This document shows, piece by piece, positions 12,880 to 24,565 of a stretch of DNA of 64,000 bases. A program made the position numbers and the translations under genes. Position 1 is the stretch's first letter. The number at the start of each line of letters is the position of its first letter. Source of the stretch: Lama glama (Eukaryota); assembly GCA_028534125.1 (NCBI GenBank), contig CM052817.1, positions 19,842,001 through 19,906,000 of the forward strand. The letters run 5' to 3'. The notes beneath the pieces are model-generated. The model saw only the letters and a list, made by a program, of their open reading frames with translations. It searched no databases and had not been told where the DNA came from.

Positions 12880-13860
12880 CATATGTAAGGCAACCAATCA
12901 TATCAACCAGTATGATTTAGGAGAAGGAAGAATGCCATGAGTTTTTGTCTCTGCACCCTAGCATATCAGAGTAGATGAAGGATCCCTAGATGGAAACAGG
13001 AAACAATGCCAAAAGGACTTCTGTTTTACAAGAACATGGAAGATGAATCAAAATGAGTGTCAAAATGATCACAAGTGGAAAATAGCATATATTGAACAAA
13101 GAGAGAACTACTGTTTAGGAAAATTAAAGTTTACAGTTGAATTAGTTTTTGAAGTGTCTATGGAAAACTTGCATACTTACTGTCATCATTAGGAAAGAAA
13201 GTAATAAGAAGAGACAAACATGAGGATGATAGAAAGAAATATGACTCAGAGAGATTATTGGATCATTGCATATTTTGAGACTGGAAAAGCAAAATTGCCT
13301 CAAGAGAGTTGAGAAGCTCTCAAAAACACATTCAGATTATGCAATTATAACATGTTTTTATGAAGGAGAAAAACAGAAGGCACCTAAAGCAATAGTATGA
13401 GAGGCCAGGGAGTTTTCCAACAAGTACAACTTCTGAAAACTTAAATAAAATGCATAAAAGATGGAAATAAGAACATATAATTAAAAACAAATATAAATGA
13501 TAAGCACAAGTCTCAGAAAAACTAAGGGCAGTAGAAGTTTAAGAACAACAACAAAAAAATTATTTTAATCTTTATTCAGACAATAAGGGGGAAATAATAA
13601 TAGACCTACTTAGAACAATGGACCACAGTTAATGAATGACAAAGAGAGGATAGAAAAACTATTCAATTATAATGTGTCTATCTGTTGTTACCTGAATAGA
13701 GAATATGGATTATTAACAAAAGAAGTCCTGTAGATGAAAATAACCACTAAAAAAACACCAATATGTCTTAGAGTCCTAATTCCATGCTCTCAGTAGATTA
13801 TATTCTATAAAACTGAGAAAAGAAGATGTGAAGTGATCACTTTAAATACTATAATCTTTA
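12880..13860 (+). mobile_element. CR1/L3 LINE ORF2 fossil
   Basis: Decayed CR1-type motifs: 'aacaacaaaaaaattattttaatctttattcagacaataag...atagacctactt' (~NKK.FF.YI..K...IGPL), 'atgacaaagagaggatagaaaaactattcaattat...tctatctgt' (~DD.EKAELLN.YF.SVF), 'ttatattctataaaactgagaaaagaagatgtgaagtgatc' (~LHPRVLKELADVI). Confidence 0.7.
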
Positions 13861-14864
13861 CTCAGGTTGTCACCTTCTTCTATCACAGTGTTCCATAGTA
13901 AGCATGCAAAGAAGAAACTCTAGAGCAAACCTTTGGGTGGGAAGTGATTAAATAAATTTAACAAGACCACCCTTGTAAATTACTGAGCCATGATCAGAAT
14001 GAGGGTTGTTTTGATTAACGTGAGAATCTGCCTGCCTGTTTGGAATCAGGTCGCTTTGCTAAGCTCAGTGGTTCCACCTGATATATTTATGTTGTGTTGT
14101 TATTCAGGAAAGTCACCCCACATTTGAGGTAATCATTAACATCTGATGAACTTGTGAAGCATCTATGTATTTGCTGAATACAAATTATACATGGAGTACA
14201 ATCATTTTTCTTGAAACTTGAATTTGGATTTCTGGATTTCTTAAAAAATGTCCAATTTTTATGTGAGAAAAATAATGATAACCCTAAAAGAACTATTTAC
14301 TGACTGGAATTTTTAACATATTATATATATATATTATATATAATTTATCAGCAGCTCTCAGGCTCTATATATGTTCTGTTTCAAGTATAACTAAAACTTA
14401 GATTATGTATGTCCTTTGGTTTTAGCTTCCTTACTGTTACTTCTTGTCTGTTACATATTCAACTTTATTATTTTCATTTTGTGTCAGACACTTCATATAA
14501 TTATTAGATTATAGCACATGGACAATTAGCGTTAACTGAAAATATTTCAAGAATGCAGCTAATAATGTGATGTTTGGAACATTTGCTTTTCCTATATGCG
14601 TATATACATAATAGTTTTATTAGTAGAAGGAGATGTAATTTTAGATTATATGCTGGAAATACATATATACTTCTATTTATTAAAAAAAATAGTCCAACCG
14701 TGAAACTCAGTCCATATTGCAGATATCAAATTATTAAACAGAAGTTTCTCTTAATTTAAAGATTTGAGATCATTCTATTTATGAATTCTGATGTAAGTGT
14801 TTTTTTTTTTCATTTCTAAATGAACTTGTATTTTCAGGAGATAGAAAATATGTTCGATTCCTAC

Positions 14865-15331
14865 CACAGCTGTGACATATTAGCACAAACTTGGTAGCTT
14901 AAAATAACACAGATCTGGATTTCAGAAGTTCAAAACAGATTTCATCTTGATAAAATTCAAATGTCACTAGGGCTTCGTTCCTTTCTGGAGTCTCTACAGG
15001 ATAATATGTTTCCTCGCCCTTTACAGTGTCTATTGATTTCCCACGTTCTTTAATTTGTGATTTCATTTTATCTTCAAAGCCAGTAACAACCATTTAAGTC
15101 TTTCTCTTACCACTCCTACACAGATGCTTCTCCTGCCTCCCTCTTCTACACTTTTGGATTCTGCATGGACCAACCCAGATAATCTGGGATAATGTCCTTA
15201 TTTTAAGGTCAGCTGGTTAGCAATCTTAGTTCCATCTTAATTCCCCCTTGCCAAGAAAGGTATAGAACTCACAGATTCTGAGAATTACAACATGGATATC
15301 TTTAGGATACCTTTTATCCTGCATATTACAG
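14865..15331 (-). mobile_element. MaLR solo LTR (MLT1A-C-like)
   Basis: 'gctgtgacatattagcacaaacttggtagcttaaaataacacag...ccagataatctgggataatgtccttattttaaggtcagctg...cacagattctgagaattacaacatggatatcttt'. Confidence 0.85.
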
Positions 15332-15589
15332 GAAAAAAAATGATTGTTTTGATATCTTCTAAAATACATATTTAAAATCTGTGTTAAAATTATTTTAAAT
15401 ATAACATGATTTGAAAAATAATATTTAATAAAAGTGAGTTAGAACAACTGGAAAGAACAGGACTTAGAGAATGACATTATAAATAGCTCAGTAGCTCTTT
15501 CCATAACAAAACAATTTAACTACTGAAATTATGTTTTTAAAAAAATCATTCAAAGTCCCTAGAAATTTTCTCAGATGAGCTAAATTTAT

Positions 15590-15800
15590 AGAGGGAGGAA
15601 GTATGCAGTGTTTGCTTAGGACAGAGGTCAGAGTTGGGCAGAGGGTAATGGAGATTGACTGCTAAGTGGCCCAAGATTTCTTTAGGGGAAAGAAAAGGTT
15701 ATTTGATTGTGATTATGGTTAAATAATCTTGTGAATTTACTGAAATATTCAATTTTATACTTTAAATTGTGAATTATTAGTGTATTAATTATATCTTTCT
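15590..15800 (+). mobile_element. Old L1M 3'UTR fragment
   Basis: 'gtgtttgcttaggacagagg...gattgactgctaagtggcccaagatttctttagggg...tatactttaaattgtgaattattagtgtattaattatatct'. Confidence 0.65.
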
Positions 15801-17710
15801 ATTTCTTTCCTTACCAGGTTGCAACTTTTGGATGTTGAATTTTAGCCACTTATCTCTATATTATAACTTTTGACACAATTCATCATTTCTGTTTCTGATT
15901 CAGATGATTTCTTTTTTAAAACTATAATTTATTTCCAAGGAGCCAACTTCCAACCAGATTTTGATTTAAAAGTACAGCAAAGAGGTAACAACAGTGAGAT
16001 TTTGCTGTAAAAATTGCCTATTTATTATACTTAAAAATCAAATAAGTATATTTTACACTTAGTGATACAAAATGCTATGAGAAAACTCTTACATTACTCT
16101 TAGTAGTGTTTAATATTTAAAAAATACTGAGTATTGATCAATACTGGATTTTTTTAATAACCTATTTGTTCCTTATAAAAGATTTTATAGAGGAAAAAAA
16201 TAACTGGAAACACTTTCAGAAGAAACCAACCAAAGAAGTTTGAATGAATGCTGGACCAGGAAAAACAAGTGATTATGTTTTTTTTTTTTTTTTGGTTTAC
16301 TAGAATTTATTAAACAATCTCAAGAGCATATAGCAAAAATAAGAACAGTAATAACTAAAGCCTCTGAGTTGAACCAGAGTATTGATCATTTAGCCTCTCG
16401 AGAAACCCACTGGAAAGGTACTTAAAAATGAAAAAGGCATTAGGCATCAATAGCAATAATCACATCAGACAAAATATGTTATATTTTCTAAAACGAGTAA
16501 TTCAGATACAGGAGTGATAAGTGACTTGAGAATGTGAAGAAAGGTATAATTTAATTGACTGTAGAGGGAGAAAACAATGTGAACTAAGCCAACTTGCCTC
16601 ACAAAATCTCTTTATAAGCTCAGCTTTTACACATGCCAGGCCCCATAGAGGGCTGAGGTAGGATACCACTTCAAAAGAAGAAAAATTGGTTGAAGACTTT
16701 CTTGCTGAAGAGTGGGAAAGTCAAGCTGGCTGTGGAAAACTCTGGTCTGCAGCTTTTCTAAATTATGCAACCAGACAACTCTCATTACCCCTCCCTTAGT
16801 ACCCCTCCCAACCCACCCAGCTCACTTCCCCACTCTCCAGCCAAAGATCAGATGCAAATTCTCTAGAGAAAATGATCCAGAGAGGTGCAGCAGATCTGTT
16901 TCAGCAGAGGCTGGAAAGAGGCATGGGACTGAAAAGCAGGGGGTAAAGAGAGGGTGTCCATCTAAATGGAGGAAACACAACCTCCTTCCTCTTCAGTGTA
17001 CTTTTAGAATGCAGTTAAATTTATACTAACTTCTCAACACACAAGTGCACGCACACACACACACACCACACTCAAAGTAGGAGTGAGAACTCTCCTTTAA
17101 GGAAACAAAGTTCCATCACTAAAGTCAAATTTTGCCAAATTTCCAGCTCTGCTACCCTTAATCCTGCCCCCCGGGAGTTAAGAATATCCCTCTCAAAAAA
17201 TTAATAATTCCAGACAGGCAGACAGGAAGTGAGATATTAATTTTCTGTATTCTTGGGTAGTTTCCCTTAATCTTTATCAAGTCCACATATCCTGTCTGTA
17301 GCTCATTTATTATGAGTGCCCCACGTGTGGCTTCATGTTACTTCTCAGTTCCCTTTGAAAATGCTGTCTATTCAGCCATGGAAGAAAAACCTAATCTTGA
17401 TCTTTACATATCTATGAAAATCACTTCTATGTGGGGGCTGTCCTTTTCAATTTAGGCTAAAAATGCGACTACTCTTTGGTGGTCTCTGTATGGGAATACA
17501 TGTCCTCAACATAACTTCCATGTGTTTCAGTGTCAGAAGCACAGCATATAGAGTGGGCAATGTCAGTGCTATTCTATCACATTTGATTCAGGACTCAGAA
17601 AAAGGGAATATACTAGACATCAATATTTCCATGAAAACAGTTATGAGTCAGAAGTCAGTGGAAAATTGCTCTGGCATGGAACATATGATATTTCATGAAA
17701 ATTAGAATAC

Positions 17711-18210
17711 NNNNNNNNNNNNNNNNNNNNNNNNNNNNNNNNNNNNNNNNNNNNNNNNNNNNNNNNNNNNNNNNNNNNNNNNNNNNNNNNNNNNNNNNNN
17801 NNNNNNNNNNNNNNNNNNNNNNNNNNNNNNNNNNNNNNNNNNNNNNNNNNNNNNNNNNNNNNNNNNNNNNNNNNNNNNNNNNNNNNNNNNNNNNNNNNNN
17901 NNNNNNNNNNNNNNNNNNNNNNNNNNNNNNNNNNNNNNNNNNNNNNNNNNNNNNNNNNNNNNNNNNNNNNNNNNNNNNNNNNNNNNNNNNNNNNNNNNNN
18001 NNNNNNNNNNNNNNNNNNNNNNNNNNNNNNNNNNNNNNNNNNNNNNNNNNNNNNNNNNNNNNNNNNNNNNNNNNNNNNNNNNNNNNNNNNNNNNNNNNNN
18101 NNNNNNNNNNNNNNNNNNNNNNNNNNNNNNNNNNNNNNNNNNNNNNNNNNNNNNNNNNNNNNNNNNNNNNNNNNNNNNNNNNNNNNNNNNNNNNNNNNNN
18201 NNNNNNNNNN
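17711..18210. other. Assembly gap (500 N)
   Basis: Run of N. Confidence 0.99.
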
Positions 18211-18322
18211 GCTATTTCCCAGGTTGATTTCAGCAAAAGTAGTTCTACATTTAGTTGTAGTTTTGATGTGTTCATGAGGGGAGGTAGGCCCAGTGTCCTC
18301 CTACTTGGCCAACTTAATCTCA
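18211..18322 (-). mobile_element. Probable 5' terminus of a laurasiatherian L1 (remainder in the gap)
   Basis: 'tagttgtagttttgatgtgttcatgaggggaggtaggcccagtgtcctcctacttggccaactt' resembles the antisense L1 5' end (...ctactccgccatctt). Confidence 0.55.
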
Positions 18323-21300
18323 GTTCAGTAGCTTAGTTTTGGATTCTTTCTTGGAAAACTCCCATCTTACTTCTGATAGATGTCTTTCTAGCATTCTCCA
18401 ATATTCCAACAAGAAATCCCAATATCTAGCAGTAAACACATACTGAAGTTTCATAAATCTAATTGGATTTGTAACCATGGGATAGGATATTTTGATTGGA
18501 TTATGCCAAACAGCTACATTTCTGAACATGGATGGGAGGATTAATCTCAATAAATCTACATGGATGGGAAATATGAACTGTTACTAAGAGAAAAGCAGCC
18601 AATAAACGTCAATCTTAGTCTAATTCTTTAACCACCCAATTAAAAATAATCTTTCTCATTAATGATTCTTAACAATATGTCAAGGGATATAAATATGTAT
18701 ACTTAACTCTTCCTAAAAGGAAGGCAAAATTTGATCTTTTACTACATTTAATATCATATCCAGAATCTCTGGAAGATAGGGAGATCCCTTTGTGAAATCT
18801 GGCTGTAATTTTCCAAGGGCCGACAACCTATCATCAGTAAATGATAAGCTAAACTAAGTCCAGGATGTCCAATATATTTGTATGGGTGACATATTAGGCA
18901 CCTGTAGTAAAAACTTCCGTTTGTAAACACGTAACAGCCACTAGTTCATAACAGGTATCATAGTCTGTCGGAATTAAATAACAAGTTATTCCTGAGGTTT
19001 CATTTAAGTTTTGCGCGTGTGCATTTTGGTGGGTTTTTTTTGGGGGGGTGGGGTTTTGGGATTTTTTTTTGGCGGGGAGGGTTGGCTTTAGTTATGTTTT
19101 TGGGAAGAAACTGCCCTGAACGTTGCACTTCATTCTTGGTGATTCTCCTTTCCTGGTGAAGCTTTTAGAATAACGGACTCCATCCCCATGTCACCATTCT
19201 TGCTGTTCCATAGGCCTCTTCTTGTTTGTTTAAATTTTAAGGTTTAGGAATTGTTTTAGGCTTAAGCAATCACATATTTTAACAATCTGAGTTGAGCTGT
19301 CTCTGACAATGGAACCTGTGGGAAAGTGAATAGGTTTCTGTTCTGTTCATTTCTGATCAATTCCAGAGACATTCAGTTGTAATTTTTAGCCAAAATGAGG
19401 CATTTAAATTTATCATTCTTTACATTAGATCTTTGTTCTTTGCCCATTCCTTCAGACTTCATTTTCCTGTAGTCTGCTATTTTAATCTCTGCCTGGAGGA
19501 AATTTCAATTAAATGCCAATAATTTGCACCTATCCCTACATGGCATTTAGGCTGCTTGTCAAAATGATCCTGTTTATCATAAATAGTGGCATTTATCAAG
19601 CAGAGAAGGGTTATTAAGTGTTTGTGAGAGATCTATGGGGCCAGGCTTCTTCAACAGTCCTCGGTTATCCCTTTATGAATTCCCACCTCCTGGAGTTTTC
19701 CAGCTTTGAAAGGTTCCACATTATTTCACTCAGTTGCTTTGGTTTACAGTCCCAGGTAGAAGAAATTCTCATTGAGAAAGCCACCATTTCTTTAATACAT
19801 GACTCCAGTGGCCAATTCTCTAGTGTGAATTTTTGTTAATACTAAGAAGTTGCTAAAAGATTTAATAAATAGCCTGCAAACCCCAGTGGTGTGAGATTGC
19901 CCTGCAAGACTCCTAATGCTGTAGTATGGATTGAACATGGATCTGTGTTACAAGATACACTAATTCATAGTTGATAGGGGTGGAAAAGATTTGCTAATTC
20001 TTCTGCTCAGGAAGATCATCATTCTTTTCACCAAGGAGAATGAAAGAGATACGGCAGGATATCATTCCAATTTAAACAAGCTCAGTTCAAATACTCCTTT
20101 GGTGCAAGCAGGAAGATTAATTACTGTAAAACCATAAATAAATTCACATTATGGAGTCTATTAGCAAAATCCCCTAGCCTAAGCCAAGATCAAAAGATTA
20201 TAAAGAAGTTTACTGCCTCAAGTACAAGATTGCAAGTAACATAGGAATAAAAGAAGGGGGAGAAGGATTATGTAGCTAATGAGGTAACAGACTAAGAAAC
20301 CATGAACTTATGCCAGGAAAGGAAGAGACTGGCAAGCAATATTTGACAGACATTATGGAAGCTGAATGAACAAGTGTTGAGTTGATCCACATTTTCCCTA
20401 GTAGAGATGATTTTTGTAACTGAGATTAACAATTATCAAATATGGTTCCTCTTTGTGGAAACAGCTTGACTTTGTAGTAATGGCTTGACTACTTTTCCCA
20501 AGCTCACTTGAAGTTTGACGTGATCATTCCCTTCAGATCAAGCCAATGAAAGATAAAGTTGCCTGACTCTCTCTCCCTTTTCCCCAAATAAACTTCCCAT
20601 TAAAAAAAAAAAATCCTTCATCCTCCTTCCCCTTTCTACTGAATGGACAGAGAAAACCATGGTATGGTAGAAAGTCACATGTGGAAGATGACAATACAGT
20701 CTTTATCCTGAGTCTCTGAATATGTGAAGCAGAACACCTCATTCACCTAGATACTGTCCAAAATTCTTATATAAACAACACATACGTTTTTATTGAATAA
20801 ACCATTACAAGTTTGAATCTAACTGACATTGTTACCTAGCCCACACTAATTAACACAGAAATCAATATAAGTATTGGGTTGTCATATGGTAAGGAGTTAT
20901 TAAACTGATATTAGAGACTAGAAAGGAGTCTCATATACATTGATTTAAAACACTTTGTAACACTATGATTTCAGTATCTTGGAAGGCCAAGAGAGAGCTA
21001 CCATTTCTTTACTTCTAGGGTAAGAGGTCAGATAGAGCCCATCCAAGATAGAATTTTAGTGTGTGTTGACTTAATTGCTGTATTTAGCAAAGTTTTAATA
21101 AAAATAAATTAGCTAATCAAGAATTGGCTGTTTCAGAGCAGAGTTGTAAGGGAGTAAGAGTAAAAGAACTAACAGCTTTGCAGAAGTGGAAAAGTTATCT
21201 GCTCTTGGATCAAAACATAGAATAGAAAGTTTTCTATCCATATTGTTTTAAATGGCCTCAAAGTTGAATGATTCTATTAAACTGTTACAAACATGAGGAA

Positions 21301-22097
21301 AAAGAGGAAAGATAAAAATAATTCTAAGGATCCTTCCCTGGAAATAAATTTAGTGAAAATTATGGGCATATGGTACTAAATGGAAGCAAAAGAGATCAGA
21401 AGCCTACTGAGTTGTATTTGAGAGAAATCATGAGCCTGATATTTAAAAATCTGTGATTGTAAAAATCTGGGTTGTAAACAGAGTAAAACTAGTACAAGGT
21501 ATACTCCCTAATGATCACTTTGAATGTGACCATACAAATAATGCACAAGAAAGAACCACCCAGGAGATGGAGCTGGGTCACAGATAATCATGAGCAACCA
21601 GGTCCCATAGAGAGAGAAGATCCAGGGTATGATAAAATAATAACCCAAATTTCTGGGTCACACAATGTTTTCCCAGCAGAATTGCATCACCTCTATGGAT
21701 AAATAACTGTTATAAATTTCTTTTAATTCCTTTTATGGATAAGAACTTTTATTATGTAACATCTTTTCTTGTTCTGCCATTATATATCAGAAGTGGGGAA
21801 GTTGCTGGGAGAGATAATTTGCATTTTTATTTTATAAATTGGTTTACTGTAAAACCATATCAGAGCAATATGGGAAAAAGAAATTTTAGTACCAAGAAAC
21901 TGGATTTTTGAGATGAATGCAGTAGTTGGATGGAGCTGGTGAGAAGATTGAATGCATGGTGAACAGAAGTTTGCATTGTGGAAGACTCATAATTTCACCC
22001 AAATCAAATTCGTCATTGTCCTTGGTACACAACTAAAATACACATTTCAGCTGCACTTGTAGCCATGTGGAACTGACTTCTAAATAATAGAATATGT

Positions 22098-22578
22098 ACT
22101 GGTCAACTTTTGTTAAACAACAAACCATTGCCAAATTTTAGTGTCTTAAAACAACCATTTGTTTAGCTCATGATTCTATAAATCAACAATTTGGACAAGA
22201 CTCAACTGTGAAGTTTTCTTGATTTTGCTTGGTTCACTCATTCATCTACGGATCTCCTTCTGGAAGCTGTTTAGCTGTCATCTAGGGTAATGGGAAGTTC
22301 TGAGCCATCTGTCTCTTAGCATCCAACAGATTATCTAAGACTTCAGATAGCAATGGAAGCACAATCTTCCAAGGGCAGCAAAGGAAGGTAAACCCCAAAG
22401 CTAAATCATTTTATCAGGTTTCTCCTTGTGTCCCTTGCTCAAAAAATAAATAAAATCCAATAGAGAAATCCAAATTTAGGATTCATAAAAATATAATTGA
22501 CCTCATTATGGAAGAAGCTGCTAATCTCCATTGCAAAGGGGACATGTAGACAGCAATGGGACGAATCTGTGGCCAAAG
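22098..22578 (-). mobile_element. MaLR LTR (MLT1F/H-like), nested
   Basis: 'aacaaaccattgccaaattttagtgtcttaaaacaaccatttgtttagctcatgattct...cctcattatggaagaagctgc...attgcaaagggg...tgtggcca'. Confidence 0.75.
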
Positions 22579-22694
22579 AAAATGACTAGGAATAATGTGT
22601 GCTACTTTCAGACCTTCTCATTAAAACCTCTTAACCTCTTATGTTCTTTCCATGGTCATTCTCCCTTCAATTAGCTGGAAAGACACAATTGCTT

Positions 22695-23232
22695 TTGAGT
22701 ATTATATCTGGTCACAAATTCTTTGCCACTCTTTCCATCAGTAAGAGAATCTCTGTTGGCCATGTGCGCTCCGTGGGCAAATAAAATACGGTTGCTGTGG
22801 TGTGTCTGACTTCAAGGCCTACTGTAGGAGTACTGATAACTTCAATCTTTACCCTCTTGGAATCCTATCCCTCGATGAAGAGAGTTCATCTGTCTTATTA
22901 GAGAGACAATGTGGATAAAGAAAAATTTCTGGCCAGCCTTCAACTGTCCCAGCAGTCCCATCTGAACTGTCATACATATGAAATCAGCCATCATGGATTT
23001 ATGCCCAGCCTTGAACTATGCCAGCTATTCCATCTGAGCTACTGGGCATATGAATCAAGACCACATTGAGACTCCAGTTGATGGCAGTCACCTAAGTGAG
23101 CTCAGATGACACCAGAAGAATCTACCAGATGAATCTAGAAGTTATTGGTAAATTGTGAATGTGTATTTTTTTGGTTTTTTTTCATCCGCTAAGTTTTAGG
23201 ATAATGTTTTATACAGCGATGGGTAGCCAGAG
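22695..23232 (+). mobile_element. MaLR LTR (MLT1E/F/G-like), nested
   Basis: 'ggtcacaaattctttgccactctttccatc...gccatcatggat...ccgctaagttttaggataatgttttatacagcgatgggtagccagagca'. Confidence 0.75.
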
Positions 23233-24385
23233 CAACCATGGTGCTTGGAAGATAATTGAAGATGGAAGAACCTCAATATTCATTTTCCTAAATGAGTTGA
23301 TGATAAACTCTAGCCCCACCTAAACTTGTATAGACCTAGAGATTTCCAAGGGAGTAAATGAAATATTATCCTATTAAGCCATTTCACATGTAGTTCTACT
23401 TTATTTTCCTGCAAATTAGTCCTCTCTAAATGATAAAAGCTCCTACTATTGATGATCAAACTATATTCCCATATTCTGCTCAGCCATTATCCACTCTATT
23501 CCAATATGCAGTTCACTTCCTGGTGGTTTAGGACATCTCAAAATCTCCTTCCTCTCCAAAACTATAGGTTATGAGGGTTTGAATACCTTATGTGTTATTG
23601 GTGTTAGAAAGAAAACTCTTACCTGTGGCCAAAGTGGAACAAATAGAATCACTGTGAAATTGCCCATTTAACTGGTACAGTGACAGAACATTTTGCCCCT
23701 GTCACATCAAAATGGGACACAAGATTGATTTGACACAAGAAAGACTGAAAAAAAATTTCTGCAGAGAAAATGCCAAATGGAAATTCTGAAGTCTTAATTT
23801 CCATGGGAATAAAGCACTTTGGTATCACTCAGGCAATCTTCTGCACAAGAATGATCATTCAAGCTGCACATGAGCATGAAATATTCCAGGTACACACCAA
23901 GAAATGGTCAAATCTAAAAATATTACCTTATTCATGAAAAGACTAATGTATCATTATATGCAATGTATACAAAAATTTTAAAGCCCCATGAGAAAGAGGC
24001 TGAGGATGATATTACATCTCAGGCAAATCTTGTCTTTGGAGAAAAGCTCTATTCCTCATAGAACAATGGAGAAATGAGGCAGCAGCAAACAAGATTAAAG
24101 ATCAAGGTTCAAGGGAGGAAATCAATGTAGACTCTTAGGACTGTGGAGTAAATCAACATGAAAGTAAACAAGGACATATTCATGAATTAAACACTGCCAG
24201 TTCCCCGGTGTAAATCTCTATGAGGGCTGGGGAGACTTATGTCATTTCCCTGCTAGAACAGGGAAGTCTAGGGAGAATTGACACAGGTTGGTCACACTAC
24301 GGATGAGTGAACAAATAAATGAATAACGGAAATCCTAGGGGAATAATGGAATGCACCTACATTTATAAGGTTAGCTATGCTAAAT

Positions 24386-24565
24386 CCAGCCCTATCCAAT
24401 AGCTTTTTCTCTGAGGAAGGAAATGCTATATAATCTAAATTTTCAAATACAGTAAACACTAGGCACATGTGGCTGTTGAACACTTGAAACATGGCCAATG
24501 TAACCTAGGAATTGATTTTTAAAGTTAGTTAATTTAAATGTAAGTTAAATAGCATATGTAGGTAT
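24386..24565 (+). mobile_element. hAT-Charlie MITE, MER3/MER33-like
   Basis: 'ctatccaatagctttttctctgaggaaggaaatgctatata...cactaggcacatgtggctgttgaacacttgaaacatggccaatgtaac'. Confidence 0.8.

Larger units (their letters stand above)
20560..23435 (+). mobile_element. Degenerate MaLR provirus (old MLT1-type LTR, internal region, LTR), with the 3' LTR interrupted by two other MLT1 LTRs
   Basis: 5' LTR-like 20560-20856 ending 'actaattaacaca'; MLT1-int-like 20857-21975; 3' LTR starts 'tgtggaagactc' at ~21977 and resumes at ~22580-22690 and ~23235-23435. Confidence 0.6.

Noticed and set aside
16712..17029. 105-aa plus-strand ORF in the GC-richer segment
   Set aside because: Non-ATG start, no recognisable homology, no convincing splice structure.
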